From: Spirochaetia bacterium
GTDB taxonomy: Bacteria; Spirochaetota; Spirochaetia; SZUA-6; Bin103
DNA length: 64,000 bases
Direction of reading: 5' to 3'
NCBI GenBank assembly: GCA_965208575.1
Contig: CBDBOV010000004.1
Location: forward strand, 1,056,001 to 1,120,000
Shown here in pieces: positions 1 through 10,242 of this stretch. The translations under genes and the position numbers were made by a program. Numbering within the stretch: position 1 is the first letter of the stretch; each line of letters opens with the position of its first letter. The notes beneath the pieces are model-generated. The model worked only from the letters and a program-made list of their open reading frames with translations, ran no database searches and was not told the origin of the DNA.

Positions 1-80
1 CCGGAAGGTCCAGCCCGTTCGGTTAGATTTTTAGATGAGGCATGCTTTCGCTACGGTTAGATTTTCGATGAGTCAATGCG
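1..80 (-). mobile_element. Left (transposase-upstream) end of a second copy of the IS seen at 28198-31992; the rest lies before the window
   Basis: 1-80 is identical to 31913-31992, including two GGTTAGATTTT..ATGAG repeats; identity stops right after CAATGCG. Confidence 0.9.
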
Positions 81-460
81 CGCCCTTGACATGGTCAGGC
101 GAGCGTGAGACGATGAATCGGTTTCCGGGACCAAACGGATGCGGATGAATCGCCATGACGACAGTCAGCACGGCGGACGGCTCGTGACGCTGCCGGTGTA
201 TCCTGCCCCCGCCCCCCCTCTGTACGCCTCGCCAAGCATTTACACGAAGTACACTAACTCCTCGCACTGATCAGGCGGGACGCCCCGCGGGCCGTTTCGC
301 CTGCACCGCCGCTCCTCCGAACGCATGCACACCCCACCGCCGGCGTTGCCGGTCATGCAGACTCGCGGCTTCGCCAGCCACCGCCGCGCGTGGCGGCGCG
401 AGGCAGATGTCGCCTTGCCGGCTATTTCCGGCGCGCAGGCAGTGCAGAGTGATACTTAAG

Positions 461-2437
461 CCGAAGTTCCAGAGCGGGAATCTTGTTAATTCGTTATTGA
501 TCTGAAAATTGCGCTCAACAGCCGATGTCCGTTACTGGCTACACTTGGGCGCTGACCTCCAGGAGATCGAAACAGCGCTGCTGCAGCGCGGTCGGTTCGC
601 TGTGCATGGTGAACGTGGCGCCGCTATCCACTATCCGCACGCGGTTGGCCGTCAGCGTCCCCAACTCGCTCATCAGGCTGCGAAAGCTGTGCACCGGCAG
701 ACCGTCGTCGGTACGCTTGCTCGCCGCCTTCCGGTGTGCGGCCGGTGAGCGTTCCGCCGGTTGCACCACCGACTCGCGCAGCGCCTCGCCGGCGGCGCGG
801 TCGTGGTCGTCGAACAGCACCGGCGCCAGCTTGCTGCGCATGTGCCACTCCACGTAGTAGGCCAGCATGCACAGGAACACGTGCGCCCGCACCCGGTCAG
901 CACTGCGGTGATAGATCGGTCGCACCTTCAGATCCACCGTTTTCATGCTGCGGAAGGCGCGCTCCACCTTGGCCAGATCCTTGTACGCCGTCACCGTCTG
1001 CTCGGCGTCGAACAGCTCCGGCTCCACGTTGGAGCGCACGATGTAGAGCCCGTCCAGTTCTTCCTCGGCCGCGATCTTGTCCAGGTCACGCACGAACGAG
1101 AACGAGTCGTCGGTGATGGTGGTGGTGAAATGCTTGCCCACCTTGTAGTGGTTGATCACCTTGCCCACCCGCAGGCCGATCGCGGCGGCGCCGCGCAGCG
1201 GCTTTTTGGCGCGCTGCGTGGCCGTCACGATCGGCGTCAGTTCCTCCTCCGTGGAGGCCAGCAACTTCTGCCTCTTGCGCTGCCGTTGCTCGGCCAGGAT
1301 CGGGTTGCGGCACACGATCAGCCGCTCGCCGGGGAACTCGGGTGAGCTGATCTCCGCCAGGTCACGCTCGTCGAACATGGTCTGCGCCACTTCGCCGGCC
1401 TCGATCAGCTTGCGGATGGTGGGCGCCCGCAGGGTCGTGATCCAGCGCAGGCCGTCGATCCCCTGCAGGTCCTCGCGGATGCGCGCGCCGGTGAGCATGC
1501 CGCGGTCGCCGACCAGCACGACGCGCTGCAAGCCGAAACGGTTGCGAATCTTGTCGACCTGAGCGGCGACCGTCTTGGGGTCACTGGTGGAGCCCTCGAA
1601 TACCTCGACGGCGATGGGACAGCCGTCTGCGGTACACAGCAGGCCGAACACGATCTGCAAGGTGCCGCGTTTGCCGTCGCGGCTGTGACCACGGCGCGCC
1701 AACGGGCAGGTGTGGCCATGGAAGTAACTGGAAGTCAGGTCGTACAACATGAGCGTGTTGTCATGCAGATGGCGCTTGGCCAAGCGCTGCTCGATGCCGT
1801 GCTGGCGAGCGAGCAGCCAATCCATGGCGGCATACAGCTCATTCTCGTCGACGGCTCCCAACTGCAGCAGGTGGCCGAGGGAGGAGACGGCGCTTTCGGG
1901 GTTGAGGCCGCGAGCGGTGGCGAGTTTGGAGCGAGCGTCGACGACGCGAGCGACGATCATGGCGACGACCAGGTCGCGTTCACGGGAGGCGGGACGAGCG
2001 ACGAGGGAATGGAGGGAGAGCTTGCGGAGGGAACCGAGGACGGCGGCGACGTGGCCGTGGGGATAGCTGCGCAAGATGGAGAGCAGTTCGTTGGGAGAGC
2101 GCAGAGCGATACCGCCGTTGAGGAGGACGCGCAAACCCTCGACGAGGTGATCGGGCCACTTGGAGAGGTTGGCGATGGTGCGTTTTTTGACCTTGCCGTG
2201 CTGGCGGAAGGACTCGCGGAGGAGGACGGCCGGGGGAGAGTTGCGGTTGGGGACGGTGTCGATGTACATGGGCACCCTACGGAGGGAATGGTAGATCATT
2301 TAATAATTACATGTCAACCAGATGAGAGAAAATTAACGCTGAACCACAGGACTATTTACATGGACACGATTTACACCCATGAACACGCTAATTCCTGTAA
2401 TAGGAAACAGTTACAAGAACGGCCTCTCAAACCTCGG
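461..2437 (-). mobile_element. IS1634-family insertion sequence, complete
   Basis: Imperfect TIR CCGAAGTT / AACCTCGG; 6-bp duplication CTTAAG at 455-460 and 2438-2443. Confidence 0.85.
539..2269 (-). CDS. IS1634-family DDE transposase
   Basis: MYIDTVPNRNSPPAVLLRESFR..GKVKKRTIANLS N-terminus; YDLTSSYF, VGDRGM, Y..LAKVERAFR.MK motifs; start set at the ATG at 2269. Confidence 0.9.
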   Translation of the reverse strand: MYIDTVPNRNSPPAVLLRESFRQHGKVKKRTIANLSKWPDHLVEGLRVLLNGGIALRSPNELLSILRSYPHGHVAAVLGSLRKLSLHSLVARPASRERDLVVAMIVARVVDARSKLATARGLNPESAVSSLGHLLQLGAVDENELYAAMDWLLARQHGIEQRLAKRHLHDNTLMLYDLTSSYFHGHTCPLARRGHSRDGKRGTLQIVFGLLCTADGCPIAVEVFEGSTSDPKTVAAQVDKIRNRFGLQRVVLVGDRGMLTGARIREDLQGIDGLRWITTLRAPTIRKLIEAGEVAQTMFDERDLAEISSPEFPGERLIVCRNPILAEQRQRKRQKLLASTEEELTPIVTATQRAKKPLRGAAAIGLRVGKVINHYKVGKHFTTTITDDSFSFVRDLDKIAAEEELDGLYIVRSNVEPELFDAEQTVTAYKDLAKVERAFRSMKTVDLKVRPIYHRSADRVRAHVFLCMLAYYVEWHMRSKLAPVLFDDHDRAAGEALRESVVQPAERSPAAHRKAASKRTDDGLPVHSFRSLMSELGTLTANRVRIVDSGATFTMHSEPTALQQRCFDLLEVSAQV

Positions 2438-2613
2438 CTTAAGGAACCGCACCCGCGCGCGGTGTGAGCCCGGGCGAACCCGGTGAGTCACACGCCGCGC
2501 GCTTCCGAGAACTTGACTCTGTCTGGCCGTCCGCGTTGCGGGCCCGAGAGAGTAGCCAGGGAGCGCAAGGTCGCTCCGCAATACTTTCAATAAATCTACC
2601 TACGGAGAAGCGT

Positions 2614-4412
2614 ATGAATATGGCAAGAATCACCAGGCCCTTCGCGGTTGCGTTGGTCCTGGTCCTGACCGCCACCGGCCTGTGGGCCGCTGCCGCGGAA
2701 GAGGAGCCGGCAGCGGCGATGGAGAAGGAGATGGTGCTCGACCCGTCCACCGGCGAGATGGTCGAAGCCCCCGGTATGGAGGGACATTCACCCATGCCGA
2801 GAGGATCGGAGCTGAAACTCCTGACAGTTGGTTCAGCGGTGGCTGGGCGCCAACGTTCTTCACCAGTACCGTGCTCGAGAAGCTCGCCGTCGGGAACTGG
2901 GCAATAGATAGAGAAGTACATGGTTGGAATACCACGAGCGTACCGCTATCTACATTGAAAGGGGCACTGGCGGAAAGCTGGTCGCAGCCTGACCCGCTGA
3001 CGTTTGTCTTCAACATCCGGCAGGGCGTCCACTGGCACGACAAGGCGCCGATGAACGGTCGGGAGCTGACTGCCGATGATATCGTGTTCAACTTTCACCG
3101 CTACCTGGGTATGGGCAGTGGCTTTACCGAGAGCAGCCCGCGTCTCGGGCAACTCGCGGCTATCCCTTTCGAATCGATAGCGGCCACCGACCAATGGACG
3201 GTGGTCATGAAGCTGAAGGAGCCGAAACTCTTTTCGCTGGATATCATCGTCGACCAGTACAGTAACTGGATGTACCCCCCCGAGGTAATCAAGGAACACG
3301 GAGACGCCAGGGACTGGAGGAACCTGGTCGGCACCGGGCCCTATGAGCTGACTGACTACGTCGAGGGAGTTTCCGCTACCTTCGACAAGAACCCCAACTA
3401 CTGGGGCCACGACGAGAAGTACCCGCAGAACCGCTTGCCCTATATTGACCAGATAACGGGCCTGATCATGCCGGAGGAAGCGACCCGCCTGGCGGCACTG
3501 CGCGCGGGTACGCTTGATTACGTAGGTACTCCCGGCAACACCCAACTGAGGACGATCGACCAGGTCGACAGCGTCCGGCGCACCAGTCCCGACTTGCTGG
3601 TGTGGGAGTATCCGTATCGGTCAGATAATTCATTCGGCGTCAACGTCCAGAAGAAGCCGTTTGACGACATCCGGGTGCGCCAGGCAATGCAAATGGCACT
3701 CGATCTCGACACGATCTACGCGACCTATTACCAGGGTTACGGATCTACCAGGCCGCAGGGGGTCTACGGCGAAGAGCTGAAAGGGTGGACGACCCCCTTC
3801 GAAGAGTGGCCCGAAGCGGTCAGGAAGGTCTATACCCATGACCCGGCAGGGGCAGAAGCGTTGCTCGATGCGGCCGGGTATCCACGCGGCGCCGACGGCA
3901 CTCGCTTCAAGACCGTGTTGAACCACAACGAGCGGTACGACACGACGTTTGCGGAGCTGGTTGCCGCCCAGTGGGGTGAGGTCGGCGTCGATGTCGAGGT
4001 TCGGGTAACACCGATTCCGGAGTTTGTCGCCCTCCGAACTGAAGGAACGTTCGAGATGATCTCCGCGGAATTGGGCGGGCTTCCGAGTCCTTCGGTAGCC
4101 GGGCTGGGCGCATACTACACGCACACTTCCTGGGCCCATTCCAACGTGTCCGACCCGGTGTATGACGCCATGTACGAAGCCCAGCAGACCGCCGCCACTG
4201 AAGAGGAATCGCAGCGGCTGACGCGAGAGGGATACCTGTACGCGCTGGAGCGGCACTGGAGCATATGGGGCGGCGAAGTCCCACAGTTCAACGTGAGTCA
4301 ACCGTGGGTCAAAGGCTACAACGGTGAGATCTGGTTGGGAGTCGGGCAACAGGATACCTTCTTCTCCCGCATCTGGATTGATACTGAACTGAAGGAAGCG
4401 ATGGGCTTTTAG
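2614..4412 (+). pseudogene. Peptide/nickel ABC transporter substrate-binding protein (family 5), frameshifted near 2768-2772 (possibly an assembly error)
   Basis: Signal peptide MARITRPFAVALVLVLTATGLWAAAAEEE in one frame; RYGGTF...LAESW...GTGPY...NPNYW body in another; one extra C in the C5 run joins them. Confidence 0.8.
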
Positions 4413-4531
4413 GCTTGTTCCGGGGTGAGCTTGCTCCGGGGTGAGTTTGCAGCCGGAAGGGGGCTGGGAGGCTGTTCGCTTCGGGGCGCGGTTCCCGGCT
4501 CCCTTTCTCACTGCATGATGGGGCGTGTGAC

Positions 4532-5491
4532 ATGAGAGCGTACATCATCAGGCGTCTGTTGCTGATGATCCCCACGCTGTTCATATTGACCGTGCTGGTC
4601 TTTCTGGCGGTTCGGTTCATCCCCGGCGACATCATCGACCTCATGCTCGGGCAGATGCAATACCAGTATGACGATACGTTCGACCGGGAAGCTCTGGAGC
4701 GCATGCTGGGATTGGATCTGCCTGCCTACGTGCAGTATGGACGCTGGCTCGGAGATATCCTTCTGCGCGGCACTCTTGGCGCCTCAATGGTTGGCGTTAT
4801 TCCGATCGAAGAGAGGATAATGGCCCGTTTGCCGGTCACCATCGAGCTGGGTGTCCTGGCGATCGTGATCGGGCTCGTGATAGCAATCCCGGTCGGCATC
4901 TACTCGGCGATACGCCAGGATACGGCTGCCGATTATACGGGGCGCGCCGCGGCCATCATCGGCCTGGCCACGCCCAACTTCTGGCTGGCCCTCATGGTCA
5001 TGATCTACCCCTCGATCTGGTGGGGCTGGGTACCACCGATGAAGTGGGTTCCGTTTGCCGAAGACCCGCTCGGCAATCTCAGGGTGTTCATCATTCCCAG
5101 CCTGATTCTGGGCACGGCGGGTGCCGCCGGCACCATGCGGCTGATGCGCACCACGATGCTGGAAGTGCTCAGGCAGGACTATGTCAGAACGGCGTGGGCC
5201 AAGGGTCTCAAGGAGCGCACAGTCATCGTGGGGCACGCCCTCAAGAATGCGCTCATCCCGGTGGTTACCCTGATCGGCCTGCAGCTTCCGCTCCTGGTCG
5301 GTGGATCGGTCATCATCGAGAACATCTTCAACCTGCCGGGGTTGGGTCGTCTGTTCCTGAATGCGCTCAACAGCAGAGACTACCCGGTGGTCTCGGGACT
5401 GAACCTGGTGTTCGGCGTCGCGGTGCTGGGGAGCAATCTGCTGGTCGACCTGATCTATCCCTACCTGGACCCCAGAGTCCGGTATCAATAG
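4532..5491 (+). CDS. Peptide ABC transporter permease (DppB/OppB-like)
   Basis: YIIRRLL N-terminus, DYVRTAWAKGL, ENIFNLPGLG, LDPRVR end. Confidence 0.92.
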   Translation: MRAYIIRRLLLMIPTLFILTVLVFLAVRFIPGDIIDLMLGQMQYQYDDTFDREALERMLGLDLPAYVQYGRWLGDILLRGTLGASMVGVIPIEERIMARLPVTIELGVLAIVIGLVIAIPVGIYSAIRQDTAADYTGRAAAIIGLATPNFWLALMVMIYPSIWWGWVPPMKWVPFAEDPLGNLRVFIIPSLILGTAGAAGTMRLMRTTMLEVLRQDYVRTAWAKGLKERTVIVGHALKNALIPVVTLIGLQLPLLVGGSVIIENIFNLPGLGRLFLNALNSRDYPVVSGLNLVFGVAVLGSNLLVDLIYPYLDPRVRYQ

Positions 5492-5510
5492 AGGCGAGTA
5501 GATCGTGGCA

Positions 5511-6404
5511 ATGAGTAGAGCCGGAGGGCCTGTTCGGCGGGCCGATTCCTTGGTCAGGCTGGTCAAGCGGAAGCCGTTGGGCGCGATCAGCGCGTTGATC
5601 GTATTGATATTGCTTCTCGTTGCCATCTTTGCCGACGTCCTGGCGCCCTATCCGTATGACGAAATCCACCTGATCGACCGGCTTCAGGGCCCATCGGCGC
5701 AATATCTCCTGGGCACCGACCAGGCGGGGCGAGACCTCTTGAGCCGCCTCATCTTCGGGGCGCGCGTTTCGCTGCTGGTCGGTCTGGCAGTGACCACTCT
5801 CAGCGTCGTCATCAGCACCGTGATCGGCGGCACGGCCGGATTCTTTGGCGGTCGATTCGATATTGTCTTGCAGAGATTCGTCGATGCCTGGATGGCGTTC
5901 CCGGGGCTGCTCCTGTTGTTGACGATGATGTCAATCGTGGGGCGGGGTGTGCCACAGATCATACTGGTCCTGGGGATCGCCGGAGGCATCGGCGGCAGTC
6001 GAGTAATCAGAGGCGCCGTGATCGGCATCAAGGAGAATGCGTATTTTCAGGCGGCCGACGCGGTTGGCGCCTCGAGATTGCGGACATTCATGCGCCACGT
6101 GGTGCCGAATGTCCTGCCTATCGTGATCATAACGTTCAGCGTGAGCATTGGCGGCGTAGTCCTGGCGTTGGCTTCTCTGGGCTTCCTCGGGTACGGTCTG
6201 CCTCCGGGGATTCCTGATTGGGGAGGTCTGCTCAGCCGGGAGGGACGCCAGTACATGGAGATAGCGCCGCGGCTGGCATTCTGGCCCGGTCTGTGCCTGA
6301 CGGTCACCGTGTTCAGTCTCAACATGTTCGGCGACGCCGTGCGAGACCTGCTCGACCCGCGGCTCAGGGGAGGTACGGGGCGCTTGGGTAGTCACACCGC
6401 GTAG
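5511..6404 (+). CDS. Peptide ABC transporter permease (DppC/OppC-like)
   Basis: LGTDQAGRDLLSRLIFGAR, SLGFLG, GDAVRDLLDPR. Confidence 0.92.
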   Translation: MSRAGGPVRRADSLVRLVKRKPLGAISALIVLILLLVAIFADVLAPYPYDEIHLIDRLQGPSAQYLLGTDQAGRDLLSRLIFGARVSLLVGLAVTTLSVVISTVIGGTAGFFGGRFDIVLQRFVDAWMAFPGLLLLLTMMSIVGRGVPQIILVLGIAGGIGGSRVIRGAVIGIKENAYFQAADAVGASRLRTFMRHVVPNVLPIVIITFSVSIGGVVLALASLGFLGYGLPPGIPDWGGLLSREGRQYMEIAPRLAFWPGLCLTVTVFSLNMFGDAVRDLLDPRLRGGTGRLGSHTA

Positions 6405-6483
6405 TCCGTACGTCGTGTCGAGCGCACGGACCTGCGGGCCGCCTTCAAGACCCTTGGCGTCACGGAGTGGCCGCGCCTGCTGA

Positions 6484-7680
6484 TCAGGTCGCGGCCGCGC
6501 GGCGCAGCTTGGCGCGAATGCGCGCCTCACGGTGCACCAGCCCGGACAGCTCACCAAGCGCGTCACGCGCGGGCGTACCGCCTCCGGGCGCACCCGCGCC
6601 ACGCGCGGGCGTACCGCCTCCGGGCGGCAGGAACGGCGCGATCGAGGCCAATGCCGCCGGCAAGTCGCGCGCCCGATGCTCGTAGTACTTGCTCAGCTCC
6701 ACCGCCGCGCGCAGGCTGCCGTGCACGCGCACCATGTCCTGCCACAGCGAGACGGCGGAACGCCAGTCGGAGGCCCGCTTGAGGTGCAGTCCGAGCAGAT
6801 TCCCGGCATCTTCGTCGCCGCCGCGGTACGCCTGGCGCAGCATGTGTGCGCCGCGCCGGTCGCCCTGCTGCAGCAGGAACGAACCCACCGCCCCGCGATC
6901 CACGCCCACCAGCGGCTCCTGATCGGCGCCCCCCGCCACCACCCCGTTGACCACCGCCAGCAGGCGCACCAGCGCCAGCACGTCCGACTCGTTGTGCCGG
7001 AACACCGCCGGCAACTCGCCAAGCACTCCCCGGCGCAGACTGTCGAAGTAGATCTCCGGCGCCATCCAGCCCGGAATGTCGTCGCCGCGCCGCACGTCCA
7101 GCACCTCCTGCTCGATGGTGGTCAGCCGGCAGTTGTCGAGCAGCCGCCGCCAGAAACGGCGCGCCAGGTAGAGCAGGTCGAGCTGGTAGCCGAGCGCCAT
7201 GGTCACCCCGGACATCACCAGGCGCGTCCTGAGAATGGTGGAATCGAACGCCTTGCCGTTGTAGGACACGAACACACCGAAGCGCGAGAACAGGTCGCGC
7301 AAGTGCTCCAGGAACCGCTGTTCTCCGGGGAAGTCGGCCAGAAACACCTGGTGGAAGCGCACGCGCGGCCCCTCCACCCAGCCGCAGCCGACCAGGAAGA
7401 TCACCGTTCCCGCGCCCGCCAGGCCGGTAGTCTCGGTGTCCCAGAACAGGCAGTCGCCGATCCGGCACTCGTCGGGCAGCAGCCGGCTGGCCGCATCGCC
7501 GCCGGCGACGCGCGGCGGCACCGGCGCCTCGCCGTCGCGCCCATATACGCAGGGTGCGATCTCGCGCCAGCCGGCTGCCAGGAGCTGCTCCGGCACCCGC
7601 GACGCTCCCGCCGGCGGATGCGGCTCCGCCAGCTCGGACCCGGTCACCATGCCGAGCCGTTCCCGGACCGACGCGCTCAC
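6484..7680 (-). CDS. RNase H-like exonuclease with TPR-like C-terminus (YprB/MrfB-like)
   Basis: DTETTGL, SYNGKAFD, DLLY, HNESDV motifs; GTG start overlaps the helicase stop codon (GTGA). Confidence 0.8.
   Translation of the reverse strand: MSASVRERLGMVTGSELAEPHPPAGASRVPEQLLAAGWREIAPCVYGRDGEAPVPPRVAGGDAASRLLPDECRIGDCLFWDTETTGLAGAGTVIFLVGCGWVEGPRVRFHQVFLADFPGEQRFLEHLRDLFSRFGVFVSYNGKAFDSTILRTRLVMSGVTMALGYQLDLLYLARRFWRRLLDNCRLTTIEQEVLDVRRGDDIPGWMAPEIYFDSLRRGVLGELPAVFRHNESDVLALVRLLAVVNGVVAGGADQEPLVGVDRGAVGSFLLQQGDRRGAHMLRQAYRGGDEDAGNLLGLHLKRASDWRSAVSLWQDMVRVHGSLRAAVELSKYYEHRARDLPAALASIAPFLPPGGGTPARGAGAPGGGTPARDALGELSGLVHREARIRAKLRRAAAT
6564..6626. repeat. Two 27-bp copies with 36-bp period (in-frame duplication) in the exonuclease 3' end
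   Basis: CACGCGCGGGCGTACCGCCTCCGGGCG at 6564-6590 and 6600-6626. Confidence 0.8.
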
Positions 7681-10187
7681 CCCATCTCCTCCGCCAGCGC
7701 GGCGACCAGCGCGACCGCCGTTGCCGCTCCAGCCGTCGAATCCGCCGTCGCGCGTGCCGGCGCGCCCGGATGCAGGTGCGCCAGAGCCTCCAGCAGCCGC
7801 TCCTTGCCGTTGTCCGGCCCGCCGCCGGCACCGTCCGCACCGCCCGCACCGTGCGCGGGCACGCCGGAGGGCAGCGCGGCCGGGGGGCCGATGCAGGACG
7901 GACAGCCGGCGGCGCACGGACACGCCGCCAGCAGGTCGCGGCAGCCGTCCAGCACCTGCGCCAGTTGCCCATGCAGCCCCGCCGCCAGCCCGGAGCCGCC
8001 CGGACAGGCGTCGTACAGGTACACCGCCGGACAGTCGAGCTCGGCATCCCGCGCGCGCGCGGCCACCGCCAGGTCGCCCGGATCGCACAGCAGGAACAGC
8101 GGCGCCACGTTGTGCAGCAGCGCCGCCATCCCCTCGACCGCGAACGAGCGCCGCGCCGCGCCGCAGCGCGCCAGGTATGCCCCGCCCGCCGTCCGACGCG
8201 GGAAGTGCAGCACGACCGAACAGGTGTACATCTCGTCGGCCGGCAGGTCGATGTCACCGGTCCCGATCTTCTCGTGGGTGCCGTAGCGCAGCTTCCGGAA
8301 CCCCGTCGTCCGCCGCACCACCCGGACATCTGCCAGCAGCAGCGCCAGCCCGGCGCGCACCTCGTCGCTGTCGCGCCGCACGATGGTCAACTCCGACTGC
8401 ACGATCGCCTCGGTAAAGTAGCCGGCGTCGGTCTGCTCCACGCTGCAGTGGTGCCGGTCCGGGTCGAGACCGGTGACGATGTAGGATGCGCCGTGATGGA
8501 GATAGATGGCGCCGGGGAACAGCAGCGTCTTGGCGGACGGCAGGTCCATCTCGCCCAGCACCTGCCGCCGGCCGCCCGTGTGGTCGGTGATGGCCACTCT
8601 GTCGGACGTAGCGGTGCGCAGCGACACCCGCTCGGCGGGATAGGAGCTGTCGGTCCAATACCAGCGCCCCGCGGCGGCGCGCACCTCACCGCGTTCGCCA
8701 AGGTGGCGCAGCAGATCGCCGGCGGCGCCCCCGAACGGCGCCCGGCCTTCGTCGCCCACCGCCGCAACGCGGTGGGTACGGGTCGGCGCACCGGGGTCGC
8801 GCAACTCGGCGTCGGCGAACGGCAGCTCGAACGCCGAGCAGCGCACGTGACCGAGCAGCACGTGGATGTTGTCCGGGTCCACCCAACCGCGCTCCGGTGA
8901 GCCGGTGAAGAAGTACTCCGGATGGCGGATGATGAACTGGTCTATCGGCGACGCGGAGGCGATCAGGATCGACAGGGCGGCCGCGTTGCGCCGCCCGGCA
9001 CGGCCCGCCTGCTGCCAGGTGGCGGCGATGGTGCCGGGGAACCCCGCCAGCACCGAGGCGTCCAGGCTGCCGATGTCGATGCCCAGCTCCAGGGCGGTGG
9101 TGGCCACCACGCCGTCGAGCGTGCCGTCGCGCAGCCCGCGCTCGATCGTGCGCCGCTCGCTCGGCAGGTAGCCGCCGCGGTACGATGCCAGCCGCCCGCC
9201 GCCGCGCTCGCTCGATCCGCGGTCATCACGTTCGTCGGCGCCGGTGCGGGCCAGCGCGTCGCGAATGTAGGCGGTGAGCAACTCGGTGCGCGCCCGCGAG
9301 CGAGCGAACACGATGGTCTTGATGCCGCGGCGCAGCAGCCGGGCCGCCACCGAGCGCGCCTCCAGCACCACGCTGCGCCGGATTCCCTGCTCGCGGTCCA
9401 CCAGCGGCGGGTTGTACAACACGAAGTGGCGCTCTCCGCTCGCCGCGCCGCTGTCCGCGATCAGCTCCACCGGCTGCCCGACGATGCGTTCCGCCAGGTG
9501 CCGCGGATTGCCGATGGTCGCCGAACAGCACAGGAACCGGGGCCGCACGCCATAGAACTCGGTCAGCCGGCGCAGGCGGCGCAGCACGTTGGTGAAGTGG
9601 GACCCGAAAATGCCGCGATAGGTATGCAGCTCATCGATCACCACGAAGCGCAGCCCGCGAAAGAAGCGCTCCCATTGCGGGTGGTGCGGCAGCACCGCCG
9701 CGTGCAACATGTCGGGGTTGGAGATGACCAGCCGCGCGCGGCCGCGGATCGCGCGGCGGGCGGAGCTGGGCGTGTCGCCGTCGTAGGTGGCCACCTGTAC
9801 GCCGAGCCCGGCTTCACGGACCAGTCCGTCCAGTTCGTGGCGCTGATCCTGCGCCAGCGCCTTGGTCGGGAACAGGTACAGGGCACACGCGTCCGCGTCT
9901 TCGATACAGTGCTGCAGGATCGGCAGGTTGTAGGCCAGCGTCTTGCCCGAGGCGGTAGGCGTGACCAGCACCGCGTTGCGGCCAGCCCGCGCCAGCTCGA
10001 AGCAGCGCTCCTGGTGGGTATACCACGCGCCGATGCCGCGCCGCCGCAGCGCCGCGCGCAGACGTGCGTCGACCACCGGCGCAAACGGCCTGGTGCGGGC
10101 GTCCCGCCCCGGCACCACCTGCCAATCGCACACCCCGCTCATGAACGCCGGGTCGCCGCGCAGGTCGGCCACCACCTCGTCCAGCAA
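7677..10187 (-). CDS. DEAD/DEAH-box helicase with DUF1998 Zn domain (YprA/MrfA/Hrq1-like)
   Basis: PTASGKT, PTKALAQDQ, NPDMLH, DELH, SATIGNP, QQAGRAGRR, C-terminal CPCAAGCPSC; TTG start at 10187 after a GGGAGG-like RBS. Confidence 0.88.
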   Translation of the reverse strand: MLDEVVADLRGDPAFMSGVCDWQVVPGRDARTRPFAPVVDARLRAALRRRGIGAWYTHQERCFELARAGRNAVLVTPTASGKTLAYNLPILQHCIEDADACALYLFPTKALAQDQRHELDGLVREAGLGVQVATYDGDTPSSARRAIRGRARLVISNPDMLHAAVLPHHPQWERFFRGLRFVVIDELHTYRGIFGSHFTNVLRRLRRLTEFYGVRPRFLCCSATIGNPRHLAERIVGQPVELIADSGAASGERHFVLYNPPLVDREQGIRRSVVLEARSVAARLLRRGIKTIVFARSRARTELLTAYIRDALARTGADERDDRGSSERGGGRLASYRGGYLPSERRTIERGLRDGTLDGVVATTALELGIDIGSLDASVLAGFPGTIAATWQQAGRAGRRNAAALSILIASASPIDQFIIRHPEYFFTGSPERGWVDPDNIHVLLGHVRCSAFELPFADAELRDPGAPTRTHRVAAVGDEGRAPFGGAAGDLLRHLGERGEVRAAAGRWYWTDSSYPAERVSLRTATSDRVAITDHTGGRRQVLGEMDLPSAKTLLFPGAIYLHHGASYIVTGLDPDRHHCSVEQTDAGYFTEAIVQSELTIVRRDSDEVRAGLALLLADVRVVRRTTGFRKLRYGTHEKIGTGDIDLPADEMYTCSVVLHFPRRTAGGAYLARCGAARRSFAVEGMAALLHNVAPLFLLCDPGDLAVAARARDAELDCPAVYLYDACPGGSGLAAGLHGQLAQVLDGCRDLLAACPCAAGCPSCIGPPAALPSGVPAHGAGGADGAGGGPDNGKERLLEALAHLHPGAPARATADSTAGAATAVALVAALAEEMG

Positions 10188-10242
10188 CTCTCCCCTCCCC
10201 GCGCGAAGCCTACCCCGCCTCGATCCAGAAAGACAACGCAAC

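Noticed and set aside
81-454. Small ORF 73-267 and the sequence between the two IS elements
   Set aside because: No recognisable motif or RBS
7677-10187. DUF1998 helicase as DISARM DrmB or a Druantia component
   Set aside because: It is coupled to an RNase H-like exonuclease as in MrfA/MrfB repair pairs, and no drmA, methylase or other partner genes are present
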